This document shows, piece by piece, positions 1-8,246 of a DNA stretch of 64,000 nucleotides; position 1 is the first letter of the stretch, and each line of letters opens with the position of its first letter. Source of the stretch: Spirochaetaceae bacterium. Its GTDB lineage: Bacteria > Spirochaetota > Spirochaetia > DSM-27196 > SKKC01. The stretch spans positions 2,537 to 66,536 of the forward strand of contig JBKHAN010000011.1 in NCBI GenBank assembly GCA_046542845.1. The letters run 5' to 3'. The notes under the pieces were generated by a model. That model was not told where the DNA came from and made no database searches. It saw only the letters and a list, made by a program, of their open reading frames with translations. A program made the position numbers and the translations under genes.

Positions 1-764
1 GCAATGCATGAAGCGCTCCCGGCTGCCACAATGTCGTCGCCCATCCGGAGCGTTACGCTTAGGGCCGCCGGAACGGCCTCACCGACTCGCGCGGCCGTTG
101 CGGTAACATGCAGGGTGGCCGATTGCTCCGACAGCTCTACCTGTCGTACGTGAACGTCGGTCAGCGCTGCGACCTTGTACGATCGTAGTTGAATGGAACG
201 CCATATGCCGGCGGTTGCACACCGGGGTCCCCAGTCCCATCCGAAATTGGACTGACTTTTTCGCAGGTGGTTTACACCGGTCAGTCGCTCCTGGCCGATG
301 CCGGTGTGCCAGTAGAAGCGTTCAGCCTGAAGGCGGGCCGCAGCGCGTGCGGGCGCCGAAAACCAGACGGCAATCTCGTTCTCGCCTGCCTTGAGAAGCG
401 AGGCAAGCTCAAAGGTATGCGTGTGGAATGCATTCTGCGTCTTCGCGACGAGAGTTCCGTTCACCTCGATACTCGCCAGGGTGTCGAGCCCTTCGCAGAT
501 CAGTTCGATTCTATCGGCATTAAGAAAGTCCGACGTTATGCGGAAGGACCGGCGATACACCCAGTCCGTGAGACCAACCCATTCCTGTTGACGTTCCTGA
601 TCACCGACGTAGGGGTCCGGAATGAGTCCGGCCGACAGCAGATCGGTATGCACCGTACCCGGCACTTCCGCTGGAATCGCGGTGCCCGGCGGAACAGTGC
701 AACGCTCGTCGACGTGAGATCCGGTCGACAGTGTCCATGTCCCATCCAGCGAAAAATACTCCAT
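1..764 (-). CDS. Glycoside hydrolase family 2 beta-mannosidase, N-terminal part only (gene runs off the left edge of the window)
   Basis: Absent from the ORF track because it has no in-window stop. Hand translation of the minus strand from ATG 764..762 (AAGGA about 7 nt upstream) gives MEYFSLDGTWTLSTGSHVDERCTVPPGTAIPAEVPGTVHTDLLSAGLIPDPYVGDQERQQEWVGLTDWVYRRSF...NHLRKSQSNFGWDWGPRCATAGIW. I checked the frame for in-frame stops and it stays open to base 1. LDGxW, VPGxVHxDL, IPDPY and FGWDWGP are typical of the beta-mannosidase N-terminus. Confidence 0.8.
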   Translation of the reverse strand, partial: MEYFSLDGTWTLSTGSHVDERCTVPPGTAIPAEVPGTVHTDLLSAGLIPDPYVGDQERQQEWVGLTDWVYRRSFRITSDFLNADRIELICEGLDTLASIEVNGTLVAKTQNAFHTHTFELASLLKAGENEIAVWFSAPARAAARLQAERFYWHTGIGQERLTGVNHLRKSQSNFGWDWGPRCATAGIWRSIQLRSYKVAALTDVHVRQVELSEQSATLHVTATAARVGEAVPAALSVTLRMGDDIVAAGSASCI

Positions 765-791
765 ATCGATTTCCTTATGAGTTTAATTTCC

Positions 792-1601
792 TTACACAGA
801 CACATCGAGCAGCTGTGCCACAAGCTCAGCAAATCCCTCCCCGTGGGGAGCATTCGTTATAAACGCCGGCGGCGAGGTCATGTACTCAAGAAACTCCCGG
901 ACATTCGCAACGCCGAAGGAGTTGGGCAGAAGCGAGAACATGGGCTCGTCGTTGGGCGAATCGCCACAAAAAAGCATGGTGCGGAGAACCGAGGGATCAT
1001 CCAGTGACAGGCCCCAGAGCTGCTCCATTGTATGGCGGACCATGGAGCGCTTATCGTAGGCGCCCAGCCAGAAGTTCACGTGTATGGAGCTGACTTTAGC
1101 AACCGCGCCTTCGGACTCACAGATGTGCCGTATCGTCTCTGCGTCGTCATAGGTGAGAAACGGAGGTTCCTCACGAAAATCGACTGCAAAGTCGAAAATT
1201 CTGAAGGCCTGATCCTTCGCACCGCGAGTCCCCGGGACCTCGCGAAAAACCCGCTCGGCGATCCGCTGAAGCTCGTCGCGTGTACGCCCAGGGTCTCCGC
1301 TTTGCGGGTGATACAGCTCGCGGCGGACGCCTCCGTCGAGATAATACGTGAACGCGCCGTTTTCACCGATAACCGCGTCCACGGGCCATTGCCGGATAAT
1401 CGCATCGCACCAGCCGGCCGGCCGTCCCGTTACGGGGACGACGCGATATCCTGCGTCGTGCAGCTTCCATAGCGCGTCGTACGCAGAAGGCTCAAGGCGA
1501 TTATCCCGGGTCAGGGTGTCGTCGATGTCACAGAGGACAGTGCGTATTTCCTGTCTTTGTGAAACGGACCATTCTGAAAGTGCTCGTGGCTGTTCGATCA
1601 T
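792..1601 (-). CDS. HAD-superfamily hydrolase (Cof/IIB-like phosphatase)
   Basis: ORF 792..1784 trimmed to ATG 1601, because the longer version overlaps the next gene. Motif I is CDIDDTL, followed by VPVTGRP and a C-terminal GDSPNDEPMF. Confidence 0.8.
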   Translation of the reverse strand: MIEQPRALSEWSVSQRQEIRTVLCDIDDTLTRDNRLEPSAYDALWKLHDAGYRVVPVTGRPAGWCDAIIRQWPVDAVIGENGAFTYYLDGGVRRELYHPQSGDPGRTRDELQRIAERVFREVPGTRGAKDQAFRIFDFAVDFREEPPFLTYDDAETIRHICESEGAVAKVSSIHVNFWLGAYDKRSMVRHTMEQLWGLSLDDPSVLRTMLFCGDSPNDEPMFSLLPNSFGVANVREFLEYMTSPPAFITNAPHGEGFAELVAQLLDVSV

Positions 1602-1629
1602 GCATGGCGCCTGCGACTTCGCGGAATCT

Positions 1630-2295
1630 CTATGCGTTTCCGTGCCCGCGGAACACGCGCACGTAATCGAGGAACGACAGCACCGAGAGGACGGCGGCAA
1701 CGATGTAGGCAGCGAAGGCAACATAGGCAACAATGTGGGTGTACGCCACCGTAGACTCAACGGTAAACGGCGAGAAGAGACCAAAGCGCCCCTGCGGTTC
1801 GTACATCCCGAGGCGGTTGAGCGAGCTCAGCAGCAGGCCCGCACCACCACCGAGCGAATACATGACCGTCTTTATTTTCCCGCCGGACCGGGCCGCGAGT
1901 GCCACACCCTTTCTATACATGAGCAGGCGAATAAAAATGATACCAAACTCCCGGTATAAAATGATGATAAAAACCCATACCGGCATGAGGTGTGCAACGA
2001 GCAGACATACAAAATAGGTCAGACGCGAAAATACGTCGGCAAACGGGTCAAGTACCTTTCCGAGGTCGGTAACCTGGTTCGTACGACGTGCTATGTCTCC
2101 GTCAAGCGCATCCGAAATCTCGATGTAGATGAACAGGAGCCAGAGCACGACGATCGAGCCCTGCATAAAAAATCCGGTCCACAGAGGAAGGAAAAAGACC
2201 AGGAAGAAGACCGGAGCGAGGAAAATTCTCGAAGACGTAACGGTGTTCGGTATGTTCACAGCCCACAAGCTACGCCGAGTCGAAAACTCTGTCAA
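1630..2295 (-). CDS. pgsA: CDP-alcohol phosphatidyltransferase, PgsA-like (phosphatidylglycerophosphate synthase)
   Basis: DALDGDIARRTNQVTDLGKVLDPFADV matches the DG-x2-AR...G-x3-D-x3-D signature. The NIPNxxTxxRIFLAPVFF N-terminus and multi-pass hydrophobic profile also fit. The listed start 2295 is TTG overlapping the upstream stop (TTGA); GTG 2259 is an alternative. Confidence 0.75.
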   Translation of the reverse strand: MTEFSTRRSLWAVNIPNTVTSSRIFLAPVFFLVFFLPLWTGFFMQGSIVVLWLLFIYIEISDALDGDIARRTNQVTDLGKVLDPFADVFSRLTYFVCLLVAHLMPVWVFIIILYREFGIIFIRLLMYRKGVALAARSGGKIKTVMYSLGGGAGLLLSSLNRLGMYEPQGRFGLFSPFTVESTVAYTHIVAYVAFAAYIVAAVLSVLSFLDYVRVFRGHGNA

Positions 2296-2573
2296 GCGAA
2301 GAGCGCGGGACGCAGATTCTCGTATTCGTGCGTTCTGAAGTAGCTGTACAGTACTCGATACCCACCATTAACACGGGTATGAATCGTTTTGCGCAGCGCG
2401 GTATCAAATTCTTCACGAGTTTCAAAGGTGTACATTCGCTCCCGCGAAGGACCATATATGGTACCGGTGCACACCGTAAACGCATGCTGGGAAAACAGGG
2501 TCGGTTGCCGGTTATGGATAGTGACATAGCGTATCTGCTCGTCATTCGCGATTTTGTACAGCGTGATCAACAT
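2292..2573 (-). CDS. Small conserved-looking protein, WGR-domain-like layout (tentative)
   Basis: 93-aa ORF translationally coupled to the pgsA-like gene. GTIYGPSRERMYTFETREEFDTALRKTIHTRVNGGYRVLY resembles the WGR arrangement (G-R-x-G ... F ... acidic helix ... GY), but the W-G-R triad itself is not conserved. Confidence 0.45.
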   Translation of the reverse strand: MLITLYKIANDEQIRYVTIHNRQPTLFSQHAFTVCTGTIYGPSRERMYTFETREEFDTALRKTIHTRVNGGYRVLYSYFRTHEYENLRPALFA

Positions 2574-2630
2574 GGCTCTGGCTACACTATCGGAGGCAAA
2601 CTCAACGCGCTTGAGAGTGCAGCCGCCGTC

Positions 2631-3251
2631 TTACAGGCGTTGTGTGCTGACGCTGAATCCGGGTCGTACCACGACCCGGTACTCGGCAAAAAGGACCGGG
2701 CGTTCAAGGCGAACCGTTTGCGTGTGCTGCTCAAAAAGAAACGGTGCCCTCGATCGCATGCGGTCGCCGATGCGGTCACGTTCGCAGGTGGACCAGGGCA
2801 GACAAACGAACTCGCTCGCCCCGACAACAAAAAACCACGGGGGTATGCTCAAGGTGTCCATGTCGAAACGCGCGTCCTGCTGCCGGAGATCCAGAACCGG
2901 CCCGTCGGGTAGAATTTCGACAGTGAGTCTTTCGTTCCCAAGGTGTATGACCCGAAACTCGAACGAGACCCCGTCGGGACGCACGGGACTGTAGCCCGAC
3001 ACGCCCATCGATGCCGCCATAACCAGGGTCGGCACGACGATCAGCCCCGGAAGCGCCCCGGCTTTGGGCAAACTGACCATGAAGAGTCCAAGCGCAAGCG
3101 CGATGACCCACATGATCCAGTATTCTCGCGTACGCAGTGGTGTCGTTCCATTGAGAATGGCGCCTGTGACCAGAACCGCAAGCGCAGCGGAGAACAGGAC
3201 CGCCGCGAACGCCAAACCCGCCTCCACACCCGGGTCACGCCGTTGCCGCAC
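2631..3251 (-). CDS. Hypothetical membrane protein
   Basis: 206-aa ORF. The N-terminal half has three hydrophobic spans (LAFAAVLFSAALAVLVTGAIL, YWIMWVIALALGLFMVSL, GLIVVPTLVMAASMGV). I recognise no family. Confidence 0.5.
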   Translation of the reverse strand: MRQRRDPGVEAGLAFAAVLFSAALAVLVTGAILNGTTPLRTREYWIMWVIALALGLFMVSLPKAGALPGLIVVPTLVMAASMGVSGYSPVRPDGVSFEFRVIHLGNERLTVEILPDGPVLDLRQQDARFDMDTLSIPPWFFVVGASEFVCLPWSTCERDRIGDRMRSRAPFLFEQHTQTVRLERPVLFAEYRVVVRPGFSVSTQRL

Positions 3252-3337
3252 ACTCCGGATGCACAGTGAAAGCGAGCCGCCGGCGAAAAGTCCGCTCGCG
3301 GCTGCCCATACATACAGGTTTCCCCACAGAAACGCAC

Positions 3338-4855
3338 TCAGAGCTTGTATACCTCGCTGTATTTCGCGCGCAGGTAATCGGTGAAATGCGTCGCGTCGAG
3401 CGGCCGCCCCGTTACGTCGCTGATCAGCTCGCGTGCGGTTTTTGCGCGCCCGTGCGAATGAATATTCGTACGCTGCCAGGACAGAATGTTCTCGAAACGG
3501 CCTGAAGCGATCTGCGCCTGTGCGTCAGGAATCTGCTCTTCCATTGCAGTGTAGAACTGCGCTCCGTACAGATTTCCGAGGGCGTAGGTCGGGAAATAGC
3601 CCATTGCGCCCATGCTCCAGTGAATGTCCTGAAGGACGCCGTCGGAGTCTTTTTCCGGAGTAATGCCGAGGAGTTCTTTCGACATCGCGCGCCATGCCTC
3701 CGGAAGATCGTCGACGTTCAGGGAGCCATCGATCAGGGCAAGCTCCAGACGAAACCGCAGCATGATGTGCAGACTGTAGGTGACTTCGTCGGCTTCAACG
3801 CGGATAAACGACGCCTCGACCTTGTTGATCCCGCGATAGAACCGGTCCAGATCGACAGCCCCAAGCGCCTCTGGAAAAGCTTCCAGCAGCTCAGGATAGA
3901 AATACTCCCAGAAGGCCCTGCTCCGACCGATCATGTTTTCCCAGGTCCTCGACTGCGACTCGTGTATGCCCAGGCTGGTGCCGGAGGCAAGCGCGCTTCC
4001 GTGGTATTTCGGGTCCACGCCAAGTTCGTACAGCCCGTGTCCCGCCTCGTGTATGGTGCCGAACAGGGCCGGATTCAGGAAGTCCGCTGCGTACCGGGTC
4101 GTCAGCCGCACGTCGAGGGCTCCGATGTCGGTCGTAAACGGATGCGCAGATTCGTCGAGCCGTCCGCGTGAGAAGGGCCAGCCGATGGCTTCAAGAACAC
4201 GTGCGCTGAATGCCCGCTGCCTGTCCACCGGATAGGGCTGGTGCAGGAATGAATCATCCACCTGTTCGGCTGCCTTGATGCGCTCTGAAATCGGAACCAG
4301 GTCCTTCTGCAACTGATCAAACACGGTGCGCACATCGGAGGCTTTCATGTCGGGCTCGTACTCGTCGAGCAGCGCGTCGTACGGATGCTCCTCGAAGCCG
4401 ATCCGTTCCGCTCGTTCGCGATTCAGATCGATAATCTCCGCCAGATGGTCGCGAAACTCTGAAAAGTCGCTGTGCTCCCGTGCCTTTGCCCAGACCGCCT
4501 GGCCCTTGCTGGTAACGGTTGCGAAGCGACGCACGAGTTCGGCAGGGAGTTTTTGTTCCCGCCGGTAATCGCGGTAGAGGCAGCGCAACAGCGGCCGGTC
4601 TTCTTCGGGTACGGCAGAGCCTCCGGACGGGTTCTCATCATCTGCCCCGAGTTCCGACAAAAGATCACCGACTTCGGCACTCGTGCCCTTCTCGTGAATC
4701 ATAGCGCTCAGGAGCGAAATCTGCTCGGAGCGCATGTCTATCCCCTCCTCCGGCATGTAGGTTTCCTGATCCCAGTGCAGAAGCGATACGGTCTTTGAGA
4801 GAAGCTGCAGTTCGTTGTCTATAGTCTTGAGTCTGTTTAATGCGTCTGTACTCAT
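3338..4855 (-). CDS. Carboxypeptidase Taq-type metallopeptidase (M32 family)
   Basis: HEAGHGLYE (HExxH), HPF, DIHWS and GYFPTYALGN are present. Length is 505 aa. The ATG overlaps the thrS stop (ATGA). Confidence 0.92.
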   Translation of the reverse strand: MSTDALNRLKTIDNELQLLSKTVSLLHWDQETYMPEEGIDMRSEQISLLSAMIHEKGTSAEVGDLLSELGADDENPSGGSAVPEEDRPLLRCLYRDYRREQKLPAELVRRFATVTSKGQAVWAKAREHSDFSEFRDHLAEIIDLNRERAERIGFEEHPYDALLDEYEPDMKASDVRTVFDQLQKDLVPISERIKAAEQVDDSFLHQPYPVDRQRAFSARVLEAIGWPFSRGRLDESAHPFTTDIGALDVRLTTRYAADFLNPALFGTIHEAGHGLYELGVDPKYHGSALASGTSLGIHESQSRTWENMIGRSRAFWEYFYPELLEAFPEALGAVDLDRFYRGINKVEASFIRVEADEVTYSLHIMLRFRLELALIDGSLNVDDLPEAWRAMSKELLGITPEKDSDGVLQDIHWSMGAMGYFPTYALGNLYGAQFYTAMEEQIPDAQAQIASGRFENILSWQRTNIHSHGRAKTARELISDVTGRPLDATHFTDYLRAKYSEVYKL

Positions 4856-6615
4856 ATGTCTTCCCGCGTTTCGATTTTTCCTTGTATAAACGACACGGCG
4901 TCTTCCAGCGGAGTGCCGTCCTTCTTGTCCCCCGTGCGCACTCGTATACTCACGGTCCGTTCTTCTTCCTCGCGACCACCGACAACGAGCATATAGGGTA
5001 CCTTCTGCTGTTGCGCGTCGCGAATTTTTGCGTTCATTCGTGCGTCCCGCAGATCAGCATCCACCCGGATCCCCGCTTCTGCAAGTCTGTTCTTCACGAT
5101 GCGCGCATAATCGTCGAACGCAGGCGCGACCGGAACCACGACTGCCTGCACGGGAGCGAGCCACACGGGAAACGCCCCTCCGTAGTGCTCAACGAGGACT
5201 CCAAAGAAGCGTTCGAGCGAACCCAGCAACGCCCGGTGAACCATGAAGGGTCGCTTTTCCTTTCCGTCGGAGTCGACGAAGGTCATGTCGAAGCGTTCCG
5301 GCAGGTTGAAGTCGAACTGAATTGTCGACATTTGCCACTCGCGTCCGATCGCGTCCTTGAGCTTCAGGTCGATCTTGGGTCCATAGAACGCGCCCCCGCC
5401 TTCATCCATCTCGTATTCGAGTCCGGCTGCGTCAACCGCGTTTCGGAGGCTTTCGATTGCCGTCGCCCAGTCCTTCTCCTCGCCGACGCTTTTTTCCGGG
5501 CGCGTCGCGAGGTAGGCCTTGATGTCCGTGAACCCGAAGGCGCCGAGCATGTCGAGACTGAACTGGAGCACGGTCCGTATCTCGTCTTCGACCTGTGACG
5601 GCGTGCAGAAAATATGAGCGTCGTCCTGGGTAAATCCCCGCACCCTCAGAAGCCCGTGCAGAACGCCGCTGCGCTCGTAGCGGTATACTGTCCCGAGCTC
5701 CGCCCACCGCAGGGGAAGTTCCCGGTAGCTGCGCATCGAGGTCTTGTATATCAGAATATGGAACGGGCAGTTCATTGGCTTGGTGTAATACTGTGCGTTG
5801 TCCATTTCCATGGACGGAAACATGCCCTCACTGTAGAAATCGAGGTGCCCGCTTGTCTCCCAGAGCCAGCTTTTTCCGACATGAGGCGTGTAGAGAATCT
5901 CGTATCCCCCGGCGACATGCTGTCTGCGCCAGAAGTCCTCGATCGCCAGACGGATTCGAGCGCCTTTCGGGTGCCAGTAGATTAAGCCGCTCCCCGCTTC
6001 CTCGTGAGTCGAGAACAAATCAAGTTCGCGCCCGACCTTACGGTGATCGCGCTTTTCCACTTCGGCCAGATGATCCAGGTGCGTCCGTAGCTCTTTTGGG
6101 TTTTCCCAGGCGGTACCGTAGATCCTCTGCAGCATGGGGCGTTTCTCGTCTCCGCGCCAGTACGCCCCCGCGACATTCAGAAGCTTGAACGCCTTCGCGT
6201 GTATCTGTTTCGTGTTCTCTACGTGCGGGCCACGACACAGGTCTACGAAACTGTCGACGGTATACAGAGAAACTTCTTCGTCCTCTGGAATTGCGTCAAT
6301 GAGCTCAAGTTTGTAGGGCTGATCGGAGAAGCGCTCGCGGGCTTCATCGCGGGTTACCACGGTTTTTTCAAAGTCGTGCTTCTCGGCGAGGATGTCCCGC
6401 ATGTGCGATTCAATTTTCTCCAGATCGTCCGGAGTCAATGTCCGCGGCAGGTCAAAATCGTAATAGAAGCCGTTGTCTACAGGCGGCCCTATCGCAATTT
6501 TTGCTTCGGGAAACTCGCGCAACACCGCCTCGGCCATAACGTGTGCGGTAGAATGCCTGATCCGGTACAGGCGGTCCTCCCGGCTCAACTTTTCCGATGA
6601 CACAGTCGTACTCAT
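4852..6615 (-). CDS. thrS: Threonine--tRNA ligase (no N-terminal TGS domain)
   Basis: RIRHSTAHVMAEAV is the editing-domain HxxxH. The class II core and anticodon-binding regions run throughout (YGPKIDLKLKDAIGREWQMSTIQFDFNLPERF). Start moved from 6720 to ATG 6615, which has GGAGGA 7 nt upstream. Positions 6616..6720 hold leader terminator elements. Confidence 0.93.
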   Translation of the reverse strand: MSTTVSSEKLSREDRLYRIRHSTAHVMAEAVLREFPEAKIAIGPPVDNGFYYDFDLPRTLTPDDLEKIESHMRDILAEKHDFEKTVVTRDEARERFSDQPYKLELIDAIPEDEEVSLYTVDSFVDLCRGPHVENTKQIHAKAFKLLNVAGAYWRGDEKRPMLQRIYGTAWENPKELRTHLDHLAEVEKRDHRKVGRELDLFSTHEEAGSGLIYWHPKGARIRLAIEDFWRRQHVAGGYEILYTPHVGKSWLWETSGHLDFYSEGMFPSMEMDNAQYYTKPMNCPFHILIYKTSMRSYRELPLRWAELGTVYRYERSGVLHGLLRVRGFTQDDAHIFCTPSQVEDEIRTVLQFSLDMLGAFGFTDIKAYLATRPEKSVGEEKDWATAIESLRNAVDAAGLEYEMDEGGGAFYGPKIDLKLKDAIGREWQMSTIQFDFNLPERFDMTFVDSDGKEKRPFMVHRALLGSLERFFGVLVEHYGGAFPVWLAPVQAVVVPVAPAFDDYARIVKNRLAEAGIRVDADLRDARMNAKIRDAQQQKVPYMLVVGGREEEERTVSIRVRTGDKKDGTPLEDAVSFIQGKIETREDI

Positions 6616-6649
6616 ACCATATTCCTCCGGTATGTCCGTGCCGGTACAC

Positions 6650-7026
6650 AAAAAAACCCGGGCATCTTCGTCGCACGGCGCCGTAATGACCGGGAGCTCC
6701 GCGCTCCAGCACATGATCAAAAACGATTCCGTAAGGACGAAATTGCCCGGGTTTCCCGGTTATTCCGCGGTTCCACCTTACTTCAGACGCAGCACGAGCG
6801 ACTCCGCACGCAGGCATCTGCTCTTTATTACACCCGTTTCGTGGGATAAACGGCCCGCCTACGCAATAGCGACGTGTACTCGTACGCTATCTTCGACCGG
6901 CGGCTCGTGAGTGGTATGTACCATGACGGAGTCAGGTATCTTCCAGCCAGGTGCAGATGCCTGCACGGGATACCCTCTCTCTATGACCCGTTTCATGGAC
7001 ACGTGTCTCAGTCTACGCCCGTTACC
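6650..7026 (-). promoter_or_regulatory. T-box-type tRNA-sensing leader of thrS (antiterminator, competing terminator, Stem I-like helix)
   Basis: On the minus-strand RNA, GUAAGG-UGGAACC-GCG ... CGU-CCUUAC (6781..6731) reproduces helix A1, the 7-nt UGGNACC bulge and helix A2, and matches the T-box consensus GGUGGNACCGCG. CCCGGGCAAUUUCGUC (6751..6736) can instead pair with GACGAAGAUGCCCGGG (6672..6657), which is followed by U7 (6656..6650). A Stem I-like helix spans 6998..6921, with AGAGAGAG at 6982..6975 and an ACC (Thr) triplet at 6937..6935 on its 3' side. Confidence 0.6.
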
Positions 7027-7032
7027 AGCGGA

Positions 7033-7062
7033 AATATGGCCGGACCAACCCTTTTTTGTCAA
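7033..7062 (-). promoter_or_regulatory. Candidate sigma70-type promoter for the thrS leader
   Basis: TTGACA (7062..7057), an 18-nt spacer, then CATATT (7038..7033) on the minus strand. Confidence 0.35.
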
Positions 7063-7130
7063 GAGACACGGGCTGGGACCTCGACCCGGGGGCCCCGCGT
7101 TTACTACAATCGTATACAAGGAGCGAAACT

Positions 7131-8219
7131 ATGAGCAGACCAACGGTAGCCGTCTTTGACACAAAAAGTTACGACCAGCAATTTTTCAACATGACCAATG
7201 CCGACTACGGGTTCGACTTGCGATATTTCGAGTTTCGCGTGACCAAAGAGAATGCGGTAGTGACCGAAGGTGCCGATTGCGCATGTGTTTTCGTGAACGA
7301 TCAGGTCACCGCGGAGGTCGTCGACGTGTTCGCCGACCGCGGGGTCAAGCTCCTTGCTCTACGGAGTGCGGGCTATAACCATGTCGACCTCGAGGCCCTC
7401 CGAGGCAGAATAGATATCGTCAGGGTACCGGCATACTCGCCGCACGCGGTTGCCGAACACGCGCTTGCGTTGATGCTGACACTGAATCGCAAGACCCACC
7501 GGGCATACAACAGGACACGCGACAGCAATTTTGCCATAGCGGGCCTCATTGGCTTCGATATGTATCAGAGAACGGCGGGGATTATCGGGACCGGACAGAT
7601 CGGACGCATAATGGCCGAGATACTCCGTGGTATGCAGATGCGTGTGGTCGTCTATGACCCGTATCCGAACAGGGAATGGGCAGCCAAGTGGGGTGTCGAA
7701 TACGTCAAACTGAGCGAACTGTACCGGCAGAGCGACATTATAAGCCTTCATTGCCCGCTGACACCCGAGAACGTCTACATGATTAATCGGGCGTCTATAG
7801 AGCAGATGAAACCGGGTGTCATGATAATCAATACCGGCCGGGGCAAGCTGATTCGGACAGAAGACCTGCTGGAAGCCCTCCGCTCCGGCAGGATTGGATC
7901 TGCCGGTCTGGATGTGTACGAGGAAGAGACACACTATTTCTTTGAGGACCATTCTTCGAACATCGTGACCGACGATAATCTGCTGCGCCTTCTCGCGTAT
8001 CCAAACGTCCTGGTTACCGGCCACCAGGCCTTCTTTACGAAGGAAGCGCTGACCAACATCGCCGGAGTCACGCTGGAGAACATACGGATGTACTTCGACG
8101 AAGGACGCATCGAGAACGGCGTACCGGATTTCGATGCGAAGACCGGTCGACTGAAAACCGATCAGAAGAAGGAAAAGCAGGCGGACACGTCGAGTAGCGA
8201 CAATCCGAAGGACGGCTGA
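7131..8219 (+). CDS. ldhA: D-lactate dehydrogenase (D-isomer-specific 2-hydroxyacid dehydrogenase)
   Basis: Start moved to ATG 7131, with AAGGAG at 7118..7123. Recalled similarity to E. coli LdhA runs end to end (VFDTKSYDQQFF, ALRSAGYNHVDL, GIIGTGQIGR, SLHCPLTPEN, GHQAFFTKEAL). There is an extra Lys/Asp/Ser-rich ~30-aa C-terminal tail. Confidence 0.9.
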   Translation: MSRPTVAVFDTKSYDQQFFNMTNADYGFDLRYFEFRVTKENAVVTEGADCACVFVNDQVTAEVVDVFADRGVKLLALRSAGYNHVDLEALRGRIDIVRVPAYSPHAVAEHALALMLTLNRKTHRAYNRTRDSNFAIAGLIGFDMYQRTAGIIGTGQIGRIMAEILRGMQMRVVVYDPYPNREWAAKWGVEYVKLSELYRQSDIISLHCPLTPENVYMINRASIEQMKPGVMIINTGRGKLIRTEDLLEALRSGRIGSAGLDVYEEETHYFFEDHSSNIVTDDNLLRLLAYPNVLVTGHQAFFTKEALTNIAGVTLENIRMYFDEGRIENGVPDFDAKTGRLKTDQKKEKQADTSSSDNPKDG

Positions 8220-8246
8220 TCGCGGCGTCGTTACACGCGAGCCCGT

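Noticed and set aside
189-1007. A 272-aa plus-strand ORF at the left edge.
   Set aside because: It is antisense to the GH2 beta-mannosidase N-terminus and to the 3' end of the HAD gene. Its composition is Arg/Gly-rich with no motifs. It is a typical high-GC shadow ORF.
6616-6720. An N-terminal extension of thrS to TTG 6720 or ATG 6714. The extra peptide ...LPVITAPCDEDARVF faintly resembles the start of a TGS domain (PVITLPDGS..F).
   Set aside because: A strong GGAGGA precedes ATG 6615. The extension has no SD and contains the terminator 3' arm and its U7 tract. About 30 residues cannot form a TGS domain. A decayed TGS remnant cannot be fully excluded.
6720-7130. A possible tmRNA in the long thrS-ldhA spacer. 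The minus strand begins GGGGCCCCCGGGUCGAGG, and a short frame ends ...VAIA-stop.
   Set aside because: There is no tRNA-like 3' end, meaning no GGUUCGAnUCC T-arm and no CCA-proximal acceptor pairing. The tag-like frame is part of a long shadow ORF. The same region is better explained by the T-box leader elements.
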